From: Mobula hypostoma
Taxonomy: Eukaryota
Direction: 5' to 3'
DNA: 64,000 nt
Assembly: GCF_963921235.1 (NCBI RefSeq)
Contig: NC_086097.1
Coordinates: forward strand, 11,346,001 to 11,410,000
The notes beneath the pieces are model-generated. The model saw only the letters and a list, made by a program, of their open reading frames with translations. It was not told the origin of the DNA and searched no databases. Below are positions 1-11,932 of the stretch, one piece after another. Each line of letters begins with the position of its first letter. The first letter of the stretch is position 1. A program made the position numbers and the translations under genes.

Positions 1-630
1 AGCTTATATACATACATCGATTGATTGAATGTGCATGAAGTGACTCTAGGCACAGGAATGTCTGTACACAATGTGACTCTGACAGGAAGTGATAAAGTAG
101 TGATGGTGGGTTAGTGAGTGGAGTTGTTGATCAGCCTTACTGCCTGAGGAAAGTAACCGTTTTTGAGTCTGGTGGTCCTGGCATGAATGCTGTGTAGCCT
201 TCTCTCTGATGGGGGTCCATGAGCAGAGTGGATGGGATCATTCATGATGTTACTGGCCCTTTTCTGACACCTTTCTGTATATATGTCCTTGATGGCGGGT
301 CGGCTGATGCTGGTGATGTACTGTCCGTTGCAGTAGTTTCCATACCATGCAGTGATGCACCTTGTTAGGATGCTCTCTACTGTGAAGCTGTAGAACGAGA
401 TGAGTATAGGTGTACAGAGTCCAACTCTCTTCAGCTTCCTCAAAAAGTAGAGGTTTTGGTGAGCTTTCCTGAATGTGTTCTGGGACCATGAGATGTTGTG
501 CAAGATGTGCACCCCCAGGAGTTTGAAACTGCTTGCAGATTTCACTGCTGTGCAGCCAGCGTGTGAGCGGTGTGAGCTCTCCTGAAGTCAATAATCTTCT
601 GCTTTGTCTTGTTGACATTGAGGAAGAGGA
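1..630 (-). mobile_element. Rex1/Babar-type LINE 3' fragment, degenerate
   Basis: ORF 111-545 contains SSFKLLGVHI..KAHQNLYFLRKLK..ESILTRCITAWYGN..RLKNGYFPQAVRLIN, a typical Rex1 ORF C-terminus. Confidence 0.8.
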
Positions 631-1359
631 TATTAAGAAGAACCTAGTCTGTAATGAGCTGCAACCAGATGCATTTCTACAGATGCAGTCAGCAGGGACA
701 CTGGAGGTCTCCTTGACTTCTTATTTTGTACAGGAGGAGCACACCACTGCCCAGCGATCCATTCCCGCTGCTCGACTATGCAACAATAAAGAAAAGGAAA
801 TGACAGAAACCTTGACCTAGTCTCTGGCTTTTCTTGCAGAAGCCTCTTGAGAGATACCCTCAGGTCCTCACTCTAACCTTTCCGCTCACACTCTTTCTGC
901 TCCCTCCTTTGCAATGAGCTGGCAAGTCGCCATGAGTAATCCTCTAGGCAAAGGTCAGTTAGGACCTACCTGGTTCTGACAAGATGAATCTTTATGCTTT
1001 TTTGCAACAATGGTTCCATGAGTCACATTAGAACGATTGTGGTACTTTTATCCAATCCAGTCTCTCTGGCATTCCCTTCTGAGGAATGTGTAGAGGAAAG
1101 TGGAATTTGTATAGACAAGTAAGATGATCAGTACAGACGTAATGGACAGAAGGATCAGTTTCTCTGCTGTATAAATCTTATGACCCTATGGTAAACCTGC
1201 TGGTCTTTAAGTGTAGCTTCATTCGGTTTGAGTAGACAGAATAGCTTTGTAATAATATTTGGTGATGGAAGATGAACAAAATTAATCAAGAATGTTACCC
1301 AAGATATCTTGATTTTCCTTGTGTGAAATTTTCGGATTATTGTTCTCTGCAGCTGTTTC

Positions 1360-1555
1360 ACTGATGCTATACTGCATTACACCCATATTACCAATTAACC
1401 TACAATCTTTGGAATATGGGGGGAAACCAGTGCACCCAGAGGAAACCCACAGGGTCATGGGGAAAATACTAAAGCACTTTACAAACAATGGTGGGAATTG
1501 GACCTGGATCACTGGCACTGTAATAACATTACACTAAACACAATGCTACTATGTC
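1360..1555 (-). mobile_element. HE1/V-SINE-like SINE fragment
   Basis: Reverse complement of the V-SINE core (gggtttcctctgggtgcactggtttcccccca..ccaaaga) shared by many copies in the window. Confidence 0.7.
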
Positions 1556-1884
1556 GTTTGTACGGTACCAAAGTTTATAGATTTTGTAAGATCACACAGT
1601 TTGTGGATTTCAAGACACGTCCTCAAAGGAAGCTGCTCAGTGAGATGCTGCATTTCAAACAAGCTTTTGATATGTCCCAGAGAGTGGAGACAGTGATCGA
1701 ACAAACACAAGATTTACAGTGAAGGCCCAGAGTGTTAATAAGATAGGCTCAAGTCATGCTGGTCTGTGGGAAAGAGACGAGACACATGTAGGGGAAATAT
1801 TATCATGTCTACTGAATGCAGGCGCAAGGGGTCAGTTGTACCAAGGGCTTTTATCAACAGAAAAGCAAGACCATGACAAACCCG

Positions 1885-2508
1885 GCGGGAGGAGAAGAGA
1901 AGCAGCGCGCCACGCGTGCGCAGCCCTCAGATGAAAAATGATATTGTAACTGTTAAATAGGGGCCGTGGACAATTTTGATTTGATGAAGATGGACGTGAA
2001 AGCACAGAGGAACATCTGGAGAAATTTCTGAAACGCTTGTTCGCTGCTGTCGTTTCTGTGCGGTCGGGAATCTTTCAGAGAGTAGGCCTCAAAATCCCCG
2101 GCTTTGCCTGCTGTTGGTGACCGAGAAGGAGGTCGAATCGTTCGGATAGTGATTGCGCTCAGTACTCGGTGTCGGAGAGCTGATCAGAGCTCAAAGTTTT
2201 CGGATGACTCAGAGTCGGACCGTGGTCGGGTATGGCAGGGAGAGTTTTTCTTCCTTCTCTCCATCTGCGTGAGATGTGGGATATTTGAGTGACTTTGAAC
2301 TTTACTGTGCTCATGGACTTCTTCATCAAGTTATGGTATTATTGCACAGTTGTAACTATATGTTATAATTATGTGGTTTTGTTAGTTTTTTTCAGTCTTG
2401 GTCTGTCCTGTGTTTTGTGATATCACACCGGAGGAAATATTGTATCATTTCTTAATGCATGCATTACTAAATGACAATAAAAGAGGACTGTGTGTCCTCA
2501 TAATCTAA
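1885..2508 (+). mobile_element. Putative non-autonomous retroposon
   Basis: CpG-rich 5' part and T-rich 3' part ending aataaaag..cataatctaa; no coding potential; family not identified. Confidence 0.4.
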
Positions 2509-2574
2509 ACTCAAGCAGCATAAGGTCAATTGGAAAGGATATGCCAAAACTTGGTGGAAAATGTGGTGAACATA

Positions 2575-3395
2575 AGAGATCCTGTGATTGCCAAAAATCC
2601 AGAACAACACACACACAATTTTGAAGGAACTCAGCAGATCAGGCAGCATCTATGGAAATAAATAAACAATCAAAGTTTCAGGCCAACACCCTTTTTCAGG
2701 ACTGGAAAGGAAGTTTGATGCTGCCAGAGCAAAAAGGTTGTGGGGGGTGGGGAAAGAAAAGGAGGACTAGCTAGAAACTGATAAGTGAAGCCAGGTAGGT
2801 GGGAAAGGTAAAGGACCGGAGAAGAAGGAATTTGATAGGAGAGGAGAGTAGACTATGCAAGAAAGGGAAGAAGGAAGGGCAACAGTCGGAGGTGATGGGC
2901 AGGTGAGGAGAAGAGGTAAGAAACCAAAATGGGGAATAGAAGCAGAAGTAAGAGGAAAGAAAAAAAAACTAGAAGGAGAAATCTATGTTCATGCCATCAA
3001 GTTGGAGGCTACCTAAATGGAATATGAAGAGTTGCTCCTTCATACTGAGAGTGGCCTTATCATGGCAAAAGAGGAGACCGTGGATCTACATTTTGGAACA
3101 GAAATGGAAATAGGATTTAAAATGGTTGACCACCAGGAAATTCCACTTTTGGTGGATGGAGCAGAAGTGCTCGACAAAGCGGTCCTCTAATTTATGTTGA
3201 GTCTCACCAATGTAGAGGAAGCTGCATCGGGAGCACCTTTTCATTCTGACATCTTCCCTCTATCTTTCCTCTCCTGAAGAAGGGTCTCAGCCTACAATGA
3301 TAACTGTTCATTCATTTCCATAGGTGCTGCCTATCCTACTGAGTTCCATTTGCACTCTGTGTGTGTGTGTGTGTGTGCGTGTGCGTGTGTTGCTC
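2575..3395 (-). mobile_element. Penelope-like element fragment with inverted terminal copy
   Basis: Degenerate PLE terminus (gaaggaactcagcagatcaggcagcatctatgg), purine tract and GIY-YIG C-terminal remnant; an inverted terminus at ~3240-3395 contains a (GT)n run. Confidence 0.7.
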
Positions 3396-3399
3396 TGAA

Positions 3400-4020
3400 A
3401 AGTGTGGTGACCCATATGAATCAAAGGCATTGTTCATGTCGTCAGAGTTCAACTGAACCTTTGCAAAAATCTGGATATACTGAAGAAAAGAGAGTGCCAT
3501 TGAAACATGACTCTGGTGCTTTAGTCTTGATGGTGTGTGAACAGGAATTTAAGAAACATTGACAGATGGTATAGTGAAACTTAAGGAGTCATTTCCCTTT
3601 CTTGGTACCTACACTGAGGAAAGGATCAAGGTGATTGGGAATGTGTGAGGTTACAGTGAGAAGCAGTAACAGGGAAGCAATGCTCATGTTGCAATCATTC
3701 CAGGGCAAGGATCCAATTTGATAGGCTGGGACTTTCCATCAAAGGTAAAACTAGATTGGGGGAGTTTACGAGGATGAACAAATCATTTATATTTGACGAG
3801 TACTCTGATGTGTTTTGTGATTTGAAGGTATGAAATCTAAGATGTTTGAAGGATGCTACACCTTGGTTTGACAATATACAACCTGTACCTGAGCGTGTGA
3901 AGCAAGGTTGGGAAGAGCTGAAGGGACCATAGAGAGCAGGTGCTTTTAAATCAACTGAGTTTTCAGTCATCCCTGTACTAAACACAGACATCACTAGATG
4001 TTCTGGATATTACAGGGTAT
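3400..4020 (+). mobile_element. Degenerate Gypsy protease/RT-start remnant (integrase-end remnant likely at ~4710-4990)
   Basis: DSGA protease motif, GSNLIGWDF..KVKLDW and DEYSDVF; a downstream VHLNDSHVIKPHQDPIR resembles the Gypsy integrase tail. Confidence 0.55.
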
Positions 4021-4059
4021 GAAGAAAGAAACAAAAGCAGACAGACACCCCTCAACTCT

Positions 4060-4455
4060 CTCTGAATGAGGGGGAAATCTCATTGACACGTATCGAATAT
4101 TGAAAGGCCTAGATAGAGTGAATGTGGATAAAATGTTTCCTTTCATGGGGGAGTCTAAGACCAGAGGGTACAGCCTCAGAATAGAGAGACATTTAGAACT
4201 GAAATGAAATGAGGAGGAATTTTTTCAGCCAGAGGGTGATAAATTTGTGGAATTCATAGACACAGATCACTATGGAGGCCAGTTCAATGGGAATATTTAA
4301 AGTGGAGGTTGATAAGTCCTTGATTAGCCAAGGTGTCAAGGGATATGGGGAGGATGTAGGAGAATAGGGTTGAGAGAGATAATAAAACAGCCATGATGGA
4401 ATGGAAGTGCAGACTCGATGGACCAAATGTCCTCATTCTGCTCCTATATCTCCTG
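4060..4455 (+). mobile_element. CR1 LINE 3' end
   Basis: Encodes a YRILKGLDR..FFSQRVINLWNS remnant plus CR1 3' UTR. Confidence 0.8.
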
Positions 4456-5539
4456 ATCCCTCTCCTCCATGTACTTATCCAAATGTCTCTTAAATGTTGC
4501 AGTTGTACTCACCTCAACCACCTCCTCTGGCAGCTCATTCCAGATGCTCACTATGCTCTATGTGAAGAGTTACCTCTTAGATCTCTTAAATCTCTCCCCT
4601 CTTATTTTATATCTGCACCCTCTAGTTTTAGACTCCCTGAGGAAAAGATTATGACCACTCATCTTATCCATACCCCTCATGGTTTTAGAATCCTGTATGA
4701 GGTCACCTCTCATAGGCACAAAAAATGTCGGTTATTGGAACAAATCTTTGAGAGTTCCACACACATTTCATTCGTGCTTCATCTGAATGACAGTCACGTG
4801 ATAAAGCCTCATCAAGACCCAATAAGGCATCATACACCACGATTGTCAAGAGAGGCTTTGCCAGAATTGGAATTGACTTGCCAACTGAGACTCAGACTGA
4901 ACTGAACTCGTGTCATTCACAATAAACAAGGAGACCACCTAAGATGTTAAAAGTTTTCATCCACTTTGAAAGAAGATACTCAAGAGATGAAATTCCTTTG
5001 AAAGATGTTGTGATTGTACTGATGTCAACTTCCTCCAGTGGTCGGATGATGGCAAGAAATAAAATGGCCACAGACAAAAAGCATCTGTTAAAACTACTGG
5101 ACAGTAAATGTTATTTCTACTTGATATTTATCAGGACAAAATTGTTACGTTATGATACCCACCATGCCCTGGACATACCCTCCAAAAGGATTAGAAGGAT
5201 TAAGGATGGAATAACCACCTGTGTGTGAATCTGTGGAATTCATTGCCATAAACAGCTTGGGAGGCCAAACCGTTGGGCATTTTTGAAGCAAAGGTTGATA
5301 GGTTCTTGATTAGTCAGCGCATCAAAGGTTATGGGGAGAAGTCAGGGAAATGAGGTTGAGAAGGAAAATAAGTATACTCAATGGGCTGAATGGCCTGATT
5401 CTGCTCTAGTGTCTTATAGTCATGGTTTTATCCTGTGTCAGCCTTTTGTTTTCTCCTCAACAAGTATAGTAGTAAGTGAAGGAAAAACCATTAAATTAGA
5501 TCTCTGTAGCAAGTGCCATGGGTGAGGCAAAATGGGCAT

Positions 5540-6085
5540 AAACACAAAATAATCTGCAGATGCTGGGGTCAAAGCAACACTCACAACATGCTGGAGGAAC
5601 TCAGCAGGTCGGGCAGCATCCGTGGAAAAGACGGTCGACGTTTCGGGCCGGAACCCTTCATCAGGACTGTAGAGGGAAGGGGCAGAGGCCCTATAAAGAA
5701 GGTGGGGGGAGGGTGGGAAGGAGAAGGCTGGTAGGTTCCAGGAGAAAAACCAGTAAGGGGAAAGATAAAGGGTTGGGGGAAGGGGAGCAGGGAGGTGATA
5801 GGCAGGAAAGGTGAAGAAGGAATGGGGGAAAACACAATGGGTAGTAGAAGGAGGCGGAACCATGAGGGAGGTGATAGGCAGCTGGGGGAGGGGGCAGAGT
5901 GACATAGGGATAGAGGAAGGGAGGGGGAGGGAATTACCGGAAGTTGGAGAATTCTATGTTCATACCAAGGGGCTGGAGACTACCTAGACGGTATATGAGG
6001 TGTTGCTCCTCCAACCTGAGTTTAGCCTCATCATGGCAGTAGAGGAAGCCATGTATGGACATATCTGAATGGGAGTGGGAATTAT
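5540..6085 (-). mobile_element. Young Penelope-like element 3' fragment with pseudo-LTR
   Basis: Well-preserved terminus (ctggaggaactcagcaggtcgggcagcatcc), purine-rich spacer and GIY-YIG C-terminal remnant at ~5940-6080. Confidence 0.8.
5631..5670 (-). ncRNA. Minimal type-I hammerhead ribozyme motif (PLE-associated)
   Basis: Minus strand ACAGUC-CUGAUGA-A-GGGU(UCCG)GCCC-GAAA-CG-UC|GACCGU: both core boxes, helix II, palindromic ACGU helix-III loop and GUC cleavage triplet are present. Confidence 0.7.
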
Positions 6086-6296
6086 GAAGTTGGGGCTGGT
6101 GCTGTTGTAGACTGGTGGGACATGATTGAGAAAGGTTATGAGAGTAGACTCGACTGTCCTGCTCCTTGTCCCAGTGTTGTGACCTTTATAAATTTGAACA
6201 TAGAACATAGAATAGTACAGCACAGTACTATTTGGCTTGTTATTCTGATAGCTTTGACTTTACCACTTGTGCTATAATGTTCTTTCCCAATTAACT

Positions 6297-6602
6297 GTGG
6301 GTGCCAAGGTAGCGTAGTGGTTAGAGTGACACTATTACAGGTTGGGGCATTCCGGAGTTCAGAAATCCGGTACCATTCCGTAAGGAGCTTCTGTATGTTC
6401 TCCCAGTGGAATGTGTGGATTTTCCCCAGGTGCTCCAATTTCCTTCCACAGTCCAAAGATGTACCAGGTAGATTAATTGGTTATTGTAAAATGTCCTGTG
6501 ATGAGGTTAGGGTTAATTGTGGGTGTAGGCTTGCTGGGATGGCATGGCAGACTTGAAGGGCTGGAAGGGCCTACTCCACACTGTATCACTAAGTAAATAA
6601 AT
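6297..6602 (+). mobile_element. HE1/V-SINE-like SINE, near full length
   Basis: tRNA-like head ggtagcgtagtggttag, V-core and (taaa)n tail. Confidence 0.75.
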
Positions 6603-6932
6603 AGATTTTTTTTCTTGTTGTCATCTTTTCTTTATTGAGTATAGAATACCAGAGGATAACTGACACCTCAGATCTTTACATCAGCCCTATTGTGGAATTA
6701 CCAACGTGGAGAATTTGTTGAATCTCCATTCAGGTTCAGCAAGGTCATCAAGAGAGGCAACATTCTCTGACTGGCATCTGGAGTGGCATCTATCTCTCAA
6801 AGCTGTCCAAGCATGGGCTTTCAATTACAAGAGCAGGAGAGGGCATTGCAAAGAGGTCAATGGAGAGAGAGAGGAGATTGCAGGAGTCCATAGGATCTGG
6901 GAAGGATATTGTCGGATGTCCACTGAAACAGA

Positions 6933-7142
6933 TAGATGGCCAGTGATATAGTGACATCCTCATTGGACTTCGAGGTGAGTGGTCCCGGGTTCGAATCCAA
7001 CTGGCTTCTTGCACGCTTTCCACCCTTGCTGGGTTGAGTGTTTAGTTAGTAATTCAGCCTCGTAAAAGAAAAAACAGACAAATGCTAAAGAAACAGCAAA
7101 GTTGCCGCCCGATGCGCCACCAGGTGTGGAGTGGAACAACAA
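6933..7142 (+). mobile_element. tRNA-derived SINE with (CAA)n tail
   Basis: B box ggttcgaatcc, tail aacaacaac, and ~12-bp TSD cactgaaacaga/cattgaaataga. Confidence 0.7.
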
Positions 7143-7629
7143 CATTGAAATAGAGGAGGATATTGCCAAAAGCATCCAAGAAGGGTGTTAATGTTGCCAG
7201 GAGACACCAGGAACTGCTGAAGATATTGCCAGAGGTCCACCAGAGAAAAGGAGGATATTGAAGAGCCCATGAGTGCAGAAAGTCATCTTGTTGGAGTTCC
7301 AAACACAAATTGTTAACGAAGCTAAGCCCAGAAGCCGTGCAAGGAGCACCATTAGGCCATTTTAATAGGTGGAAGTTCTCTCTCCAGCCACACTCATTAC
7401 TTTATTGCCCAGAGGGTAAAAGAGAAACCTCAAGCTGCTTGTCCCTTAGTTTCTACTGCTGATTTTTGGGATAAAAGTAATCTGCCTATGATTGTTCAAA
7501 TGAGGGGTAGCTTGAGAGCAATTTCATGTTCCATTATCGAGCTATGGCAATATTACGCATCCATTTTACTCCCCACTGGTGGATTTGCGACTGATGATCA
7601 CAAACAGTCAAAACTATTGATACACTTAC

Positions 7630-7730
7630 ATCTTCATCCAGCTTTGCCCACTCCAAACTGATCATCTTAAACTGTATCCGTTTGAAGATTTCTTCGAGGG
7701 CTTCACAGCTAACATTGTCTAAATTTTCCC
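7630..7730 (-). CDS. PPP1R37: Internal coding exon of a PPP1R37 (LRRC68)-like gene, 101 nt: (G)ENLDNVSCEALEEIFKRIQFKMISLEWAKLDED
   Basis: Acceptor tattttctag| and donor |gtaagt on the minus strand; phase 1 start, phase 0 end. The peptide aligns by eye with human PPP1R37 GEKLDYKTCEALEEVFKRLQFKVVDLEQTNLDED (recalled). Orthologue versus paralogue is not resolved. Confidence 0.9.
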
Positions 7731-8797
7731 CTAGAAAATAAACGTGTTCAGTCATTTTAGAAATATAAGGAACAGATTTCTATAAAATGTTGTAAGCTTG
7801 ATTCAGGGCAAACATCAAAAAGAGCAAATGATACATATTTCTTGTAATAATTTATAGATTTTATTATTATAATGCATTCAATGAACTGATGCCATGAAAC
7901 AACAAATTTCACCTTTGCCAGTGATATCAACTTTGTTTAGTGTCATTTCCAGTACAAAAGTGTAAAGGAGAATGAAGTGATTGTTCCTTTGGATACGATG
8001 TAGCACAAAAAAAATCACAATAGATAAAGAGCACAATAATAAATAAATAATACAATTTCCTGTGGCTACTCTACACTAGAATAATAAATTTATGGCGGAT
8101 TGATCTCAGAACACTGACCTGAAATATTTGCTGCCTCGTGGCTATACCCTCTCATGGGGAAGGATGCCGGAGTAAACCCCAAGGGAAAAATCCGGAGTTG
8201 GAGTCCCTGAGGCAGTCCTTGTTGAATTCAACACTGACCAGTATCTCCTGCAGTGCTTCTGGTTCTAAACTGTACCGTCTCTGCTATTCATTTAGGTTTA
8301 TCACTGCGTGGAGAGAGGGAGCTTACTACATGGGATGTGGCCAACGCTGACCAACGGAGGCCTCGCTCACTTGATTCTAAAATGAGACAGCCTACACACA
8401 CAACAAAATGATTTAAAAGTATGCTAACCCAATTCACTTTACATATCTTGCAGTCTTTGTGGAGAAATTCTTCTCTTTACCTTGGCCGTATTCACATTTA
8501 GATTCCAGCAACGAAGGAAAGTGTTGAAGGGGAGGCAATGAATTCCCGATGCAGCTGCAGTGTTGGTAAATCACTGGACCAGCAATCCTGAGATCGAAAC
8601 TCAGATGGAGGAGAAGAATCTAAAGATGAAAGGTTTTGACCCAAAACATCAACGGTTCCTTTCCCCCCCCACACACGGTGCTTGACCCATTGATTACCTC
8701 CAACAGAAGGTTTGATCTAAACTAATCGTCCAGTGTCCTGAAATCAAATCCCACAATCGCAAATGCAGTTTTGGTTGTTAAATTCTAACTGGCTCAC

Positions 8798-9072
8798 TAT
8801 TTATTTATTTATTGAGATACAGTGCGGAGCAAACCCTTCGAGCTGCGCCACCTAGCAATCCATGATTTCACCCTAGTCTAATCATGGGACAATTTACAAT
8901 GTCCAATTAACTACTAACTGGTACATCTTTGGACTGTGGGAGGAAACTGGAGCACCTGGAGGAAACCCACGCAGTCACAGGGAGGACATACAAATTCCTT
9001 ACAGGCAGCAGCAGGAATTTAACATGAGCCGTCTGTACTATAAAGCTTTGTGCTAACCGCTATAGTGCCACT
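8798..9072 (-). mobile_element. HE1/V-SINE-like SINE
   Basis: V-core and (ttta)n tail in reverse; a further copy lies at ~9215-9450. Confidence 0.7.
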
Positions 9073-10134
9073 GGAGAAATTAATTTAGAGAAATTAAATC
9101 TGCTGTTATTATCCAGACTAGCTACCATAGGAATCTGGACCAATAACATGGTCTGTGACTTTTAACTGCCCATGAAATCTGCAATTACATTGATTTAATT
9201 TTTGCTCATTTTTTATTTAGACACACAGCATGGTAACAGGCTCTTGTACCTTCACAAGCCTACTCCATCTAATTACACCCATGTGACCAATTAACCTAAT
9301 AACCCCTACATCTTTGGAAAGTGGGAGGAAACCAGAGCTCCCAGAGGAAACCCACGCGGTCACAGGGAGAATGTTCAAACTTCTTACAGAGAGCGGTGGA
9401 AATTACCCCAGGTGGCAGGCATTATTCTAAGCACTATGTTACTGTACCGTCCCCAAAATAATAAAAATAATCAGAGATTATCAGTATATAGGCTGATCTA
9501 ACCAGTGTCACCCATACTCCATGAATGATTTTTTAAAATAGTGTTCAGCATCAATATTTTAAAAAACTTTGAATAGGTAAATGGATGGTAGGGGTATAGT
9601 CCTGGAGCAGGTAGATGGGAGTAGGGAAGTTTAAGTGGTTCGGCACAGACTAGATGGGCTGAAGGGCCTGTTTCTGTGCAATACTTTTCTATGACTCTAT
9701 GATTCTTTTGCTGCTTGGTTACCTTTAGCTCTACTAATGAAAACATTTTTAAAAATATTGTTCAGCCTCGAAAGTTGCTGCTTGGCTAACTTTAGTCCCT
9801 TGAATTTATCTAGGTCAAGGAGATGGCACTGCTTAACCTCAATCAAATGTACACCATTATTATATGCTAATTGTAGAACTTATATTGGAGTAGTGTAGGA
9901 CTTGTATCAGAGTGGAATCTACATTGTTTTACAAAGCAGATGGGCATCTCTTCTCTTCTGTGAATAATGGAAAGTTGAGGATAAATGTGAGACCCCGAAA
10001 TCTAAGCAGAGAATCTAGACATATGGCAAGTTATTTCCTAACTAAATCAATAGAAAACTAATCTGTGTACCTAACCATTGTCTTTCATTATTTCAATTTT
10101 TCTCATTACGTTCTGCAGCTTCTCCCTCATCAAT

Positions 10135-10385
10135 GGAGCGGTGCAGTTGCAGAGTGGTTAGAGTAACGCTTTACAATGCCAGCCACTGTGACAAAAGTTC
10201 AATTCTGACCGCTGCCTAAATGGACTTTGTACGTTCTCCCCGTGACCATGTAGATTTCCTCCAGGTGCTGCTCTTTCCTCCCATGTCGCAAAGGCCAGTT
10301 AGTAGGTTAATTGACCTCAAGGGGGTATTTTGGCGGTGTGAGCTCATTTGGCCAGAAGGACCTGTATCTCTAAATAAATAAATAC
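10135..10385 (+). mobile_element. HE1/V-SINE-like SINE
   Basis: tRNA-like head, V-core and taaataaata tail. Confidence 0.7.
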
Positions 10386-10451
10386 AATAGTTTGTTCTCT
10401 AGTTTTTATAACTGCCATTCTTTTGAAAAAATAGCTATTATCCTGAAACTC

Positions 10452-11116
10452 CCTGAAAAAGGCGAATGGTATGCTGGCGTTCATAGCAAGAGGATTCGAG
10501 TACAGGAGCAGGGAGATTCTGCTGCAGTTGTACAAGATCACACCGAGAGTATTGTGTGCAGTTTTGGTCCCCTAATCTGAGGAAAGATATTCTTGCCATA
10601 GAGGGGGTACAAAGAAGGCTCACCAGATTGATTCCTGGGATGGCAGGACTTTCATATGATGAAAGACTGGATCGACTAGGCTTATACTCTCTGGAATTTA
10701 GAAGATTGAGGGGGGATCTGATTGAAACGCATAAAATTCTAAAGGGATTGGACAGGCTAGATACAGGAAGATTGTTCCTGATGTTGGGGAAGTCCAGAAC
10801 GAGGGGTCACAGTTTGAGGATAAAGGGGAAGCCTTTTAGGACCGAGATGAGGAAAAACTTCTTCACACAGAGAGTGGTGAATCTGTGGAATTCTCTGCCA
10901 CAGGAAACAGTTGAGGCCAGTTCATTGGCTATACTTAACAGGGAATTAGATAAGGCCCTTGTGGCTAAAGGGATTAGGGGGTACAGAGAGAAGGCAGGTA
11001 TAGGGTTCTGAGTTGGATGATCAGCCATGATCGTAATGAATGTAATGATCGTAATGATCGTAAGGCTCGAAGGGCTGAAAGGCCTACTCCTGCACCTATT
11101 TTCTATGCTTCTATGT
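10452..11116 (+). mobile_element. Young CR1 LINE, 5'-truncated
   Basis: ORF 10556-11011 QFWSPNLRKDILAIEGVQRR..FFTQRVVNLWNSLP; tail ttctatgcttctatg; highly similar to the copies at 46450 and 49330. Confidence 0.9.
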
Positions 11117-11357
11117 CTCTGCAGATGCTGTTTCATCTAGCTTTTCCAGCTTTTTCTGTTTTAGTTTCAGATTTACAATATCTGCAGACATTTTCCAATT
11201 TCATCTCGCTCTCTTTTTTAAATTTTGAATTAATAATTCCTCAATTACAATTTAAATAAATAGCCTTTCCTTTCCTTACCTACCACACCTTCATTATTTA
11301 AAAGTAACTTTGTTAAATTCAGTTTCATTTATTTATCGTAAGTACATCGAAACATAG

Positions 11358-11932
11358 TGTAATGCCCTGGTTCACATCTTTAATGTTATGCTGTAGGTAT
11401 TTCACTTCGCAGTCTGTTCTGCTTTCAGCCTGTTTGGGTTATTGTTGAAGATAAAGGGATCCAATTAGCGGGAGGTTTTCTTGGTGAGGTTGGTCTTGGG
11501 CTTTTGTTCGAGAGGAGATGAAGTGAGAAGACGCTGGGGAGAACCGATCGTAGCATCCGATCCGGTGTGAGACCCGTTTGTTTGAGATGGATTGTGACCA
11601 ACGTTCGGAAGGTGGTGTGTGCTTTCACGTTGACCGAGGGCCCAGTGCGTGAGTGACAGAGAAGTTCAAGATGAGCTCCAACTTGTGCACATTTGTCTGT
11701 TTAATTAGAATGGGCCCTTTTCTTTTTGTTATTCTTTACTAACCCTTTAGTTAACATTCATAAATATAATTCCTTTAATTGAATGCAGTGCACTGTCTGT
11801 TATTTCGCAGCATCAATTTGTAACGGGGTAGCAAATGACACAGCATCCACACAAGCCTCAGTCTCACTGGTTTGGGGGTACTGGGGGTTGTCTTCCTGAG
11901 ACTCACGCAGCCAAGGAAACCAGGGTGTTTCA
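11358..11932. mobile_element. Solo-LTR-like element (TG...CA)
   Basis: Ends TGTAATGCCCTGGTT ... AACCAGGGTGTTTCA (imperfect 15-bp inverted termini), flanked by atag/atat, and interrupts another repeat. Confidence 0.6.
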
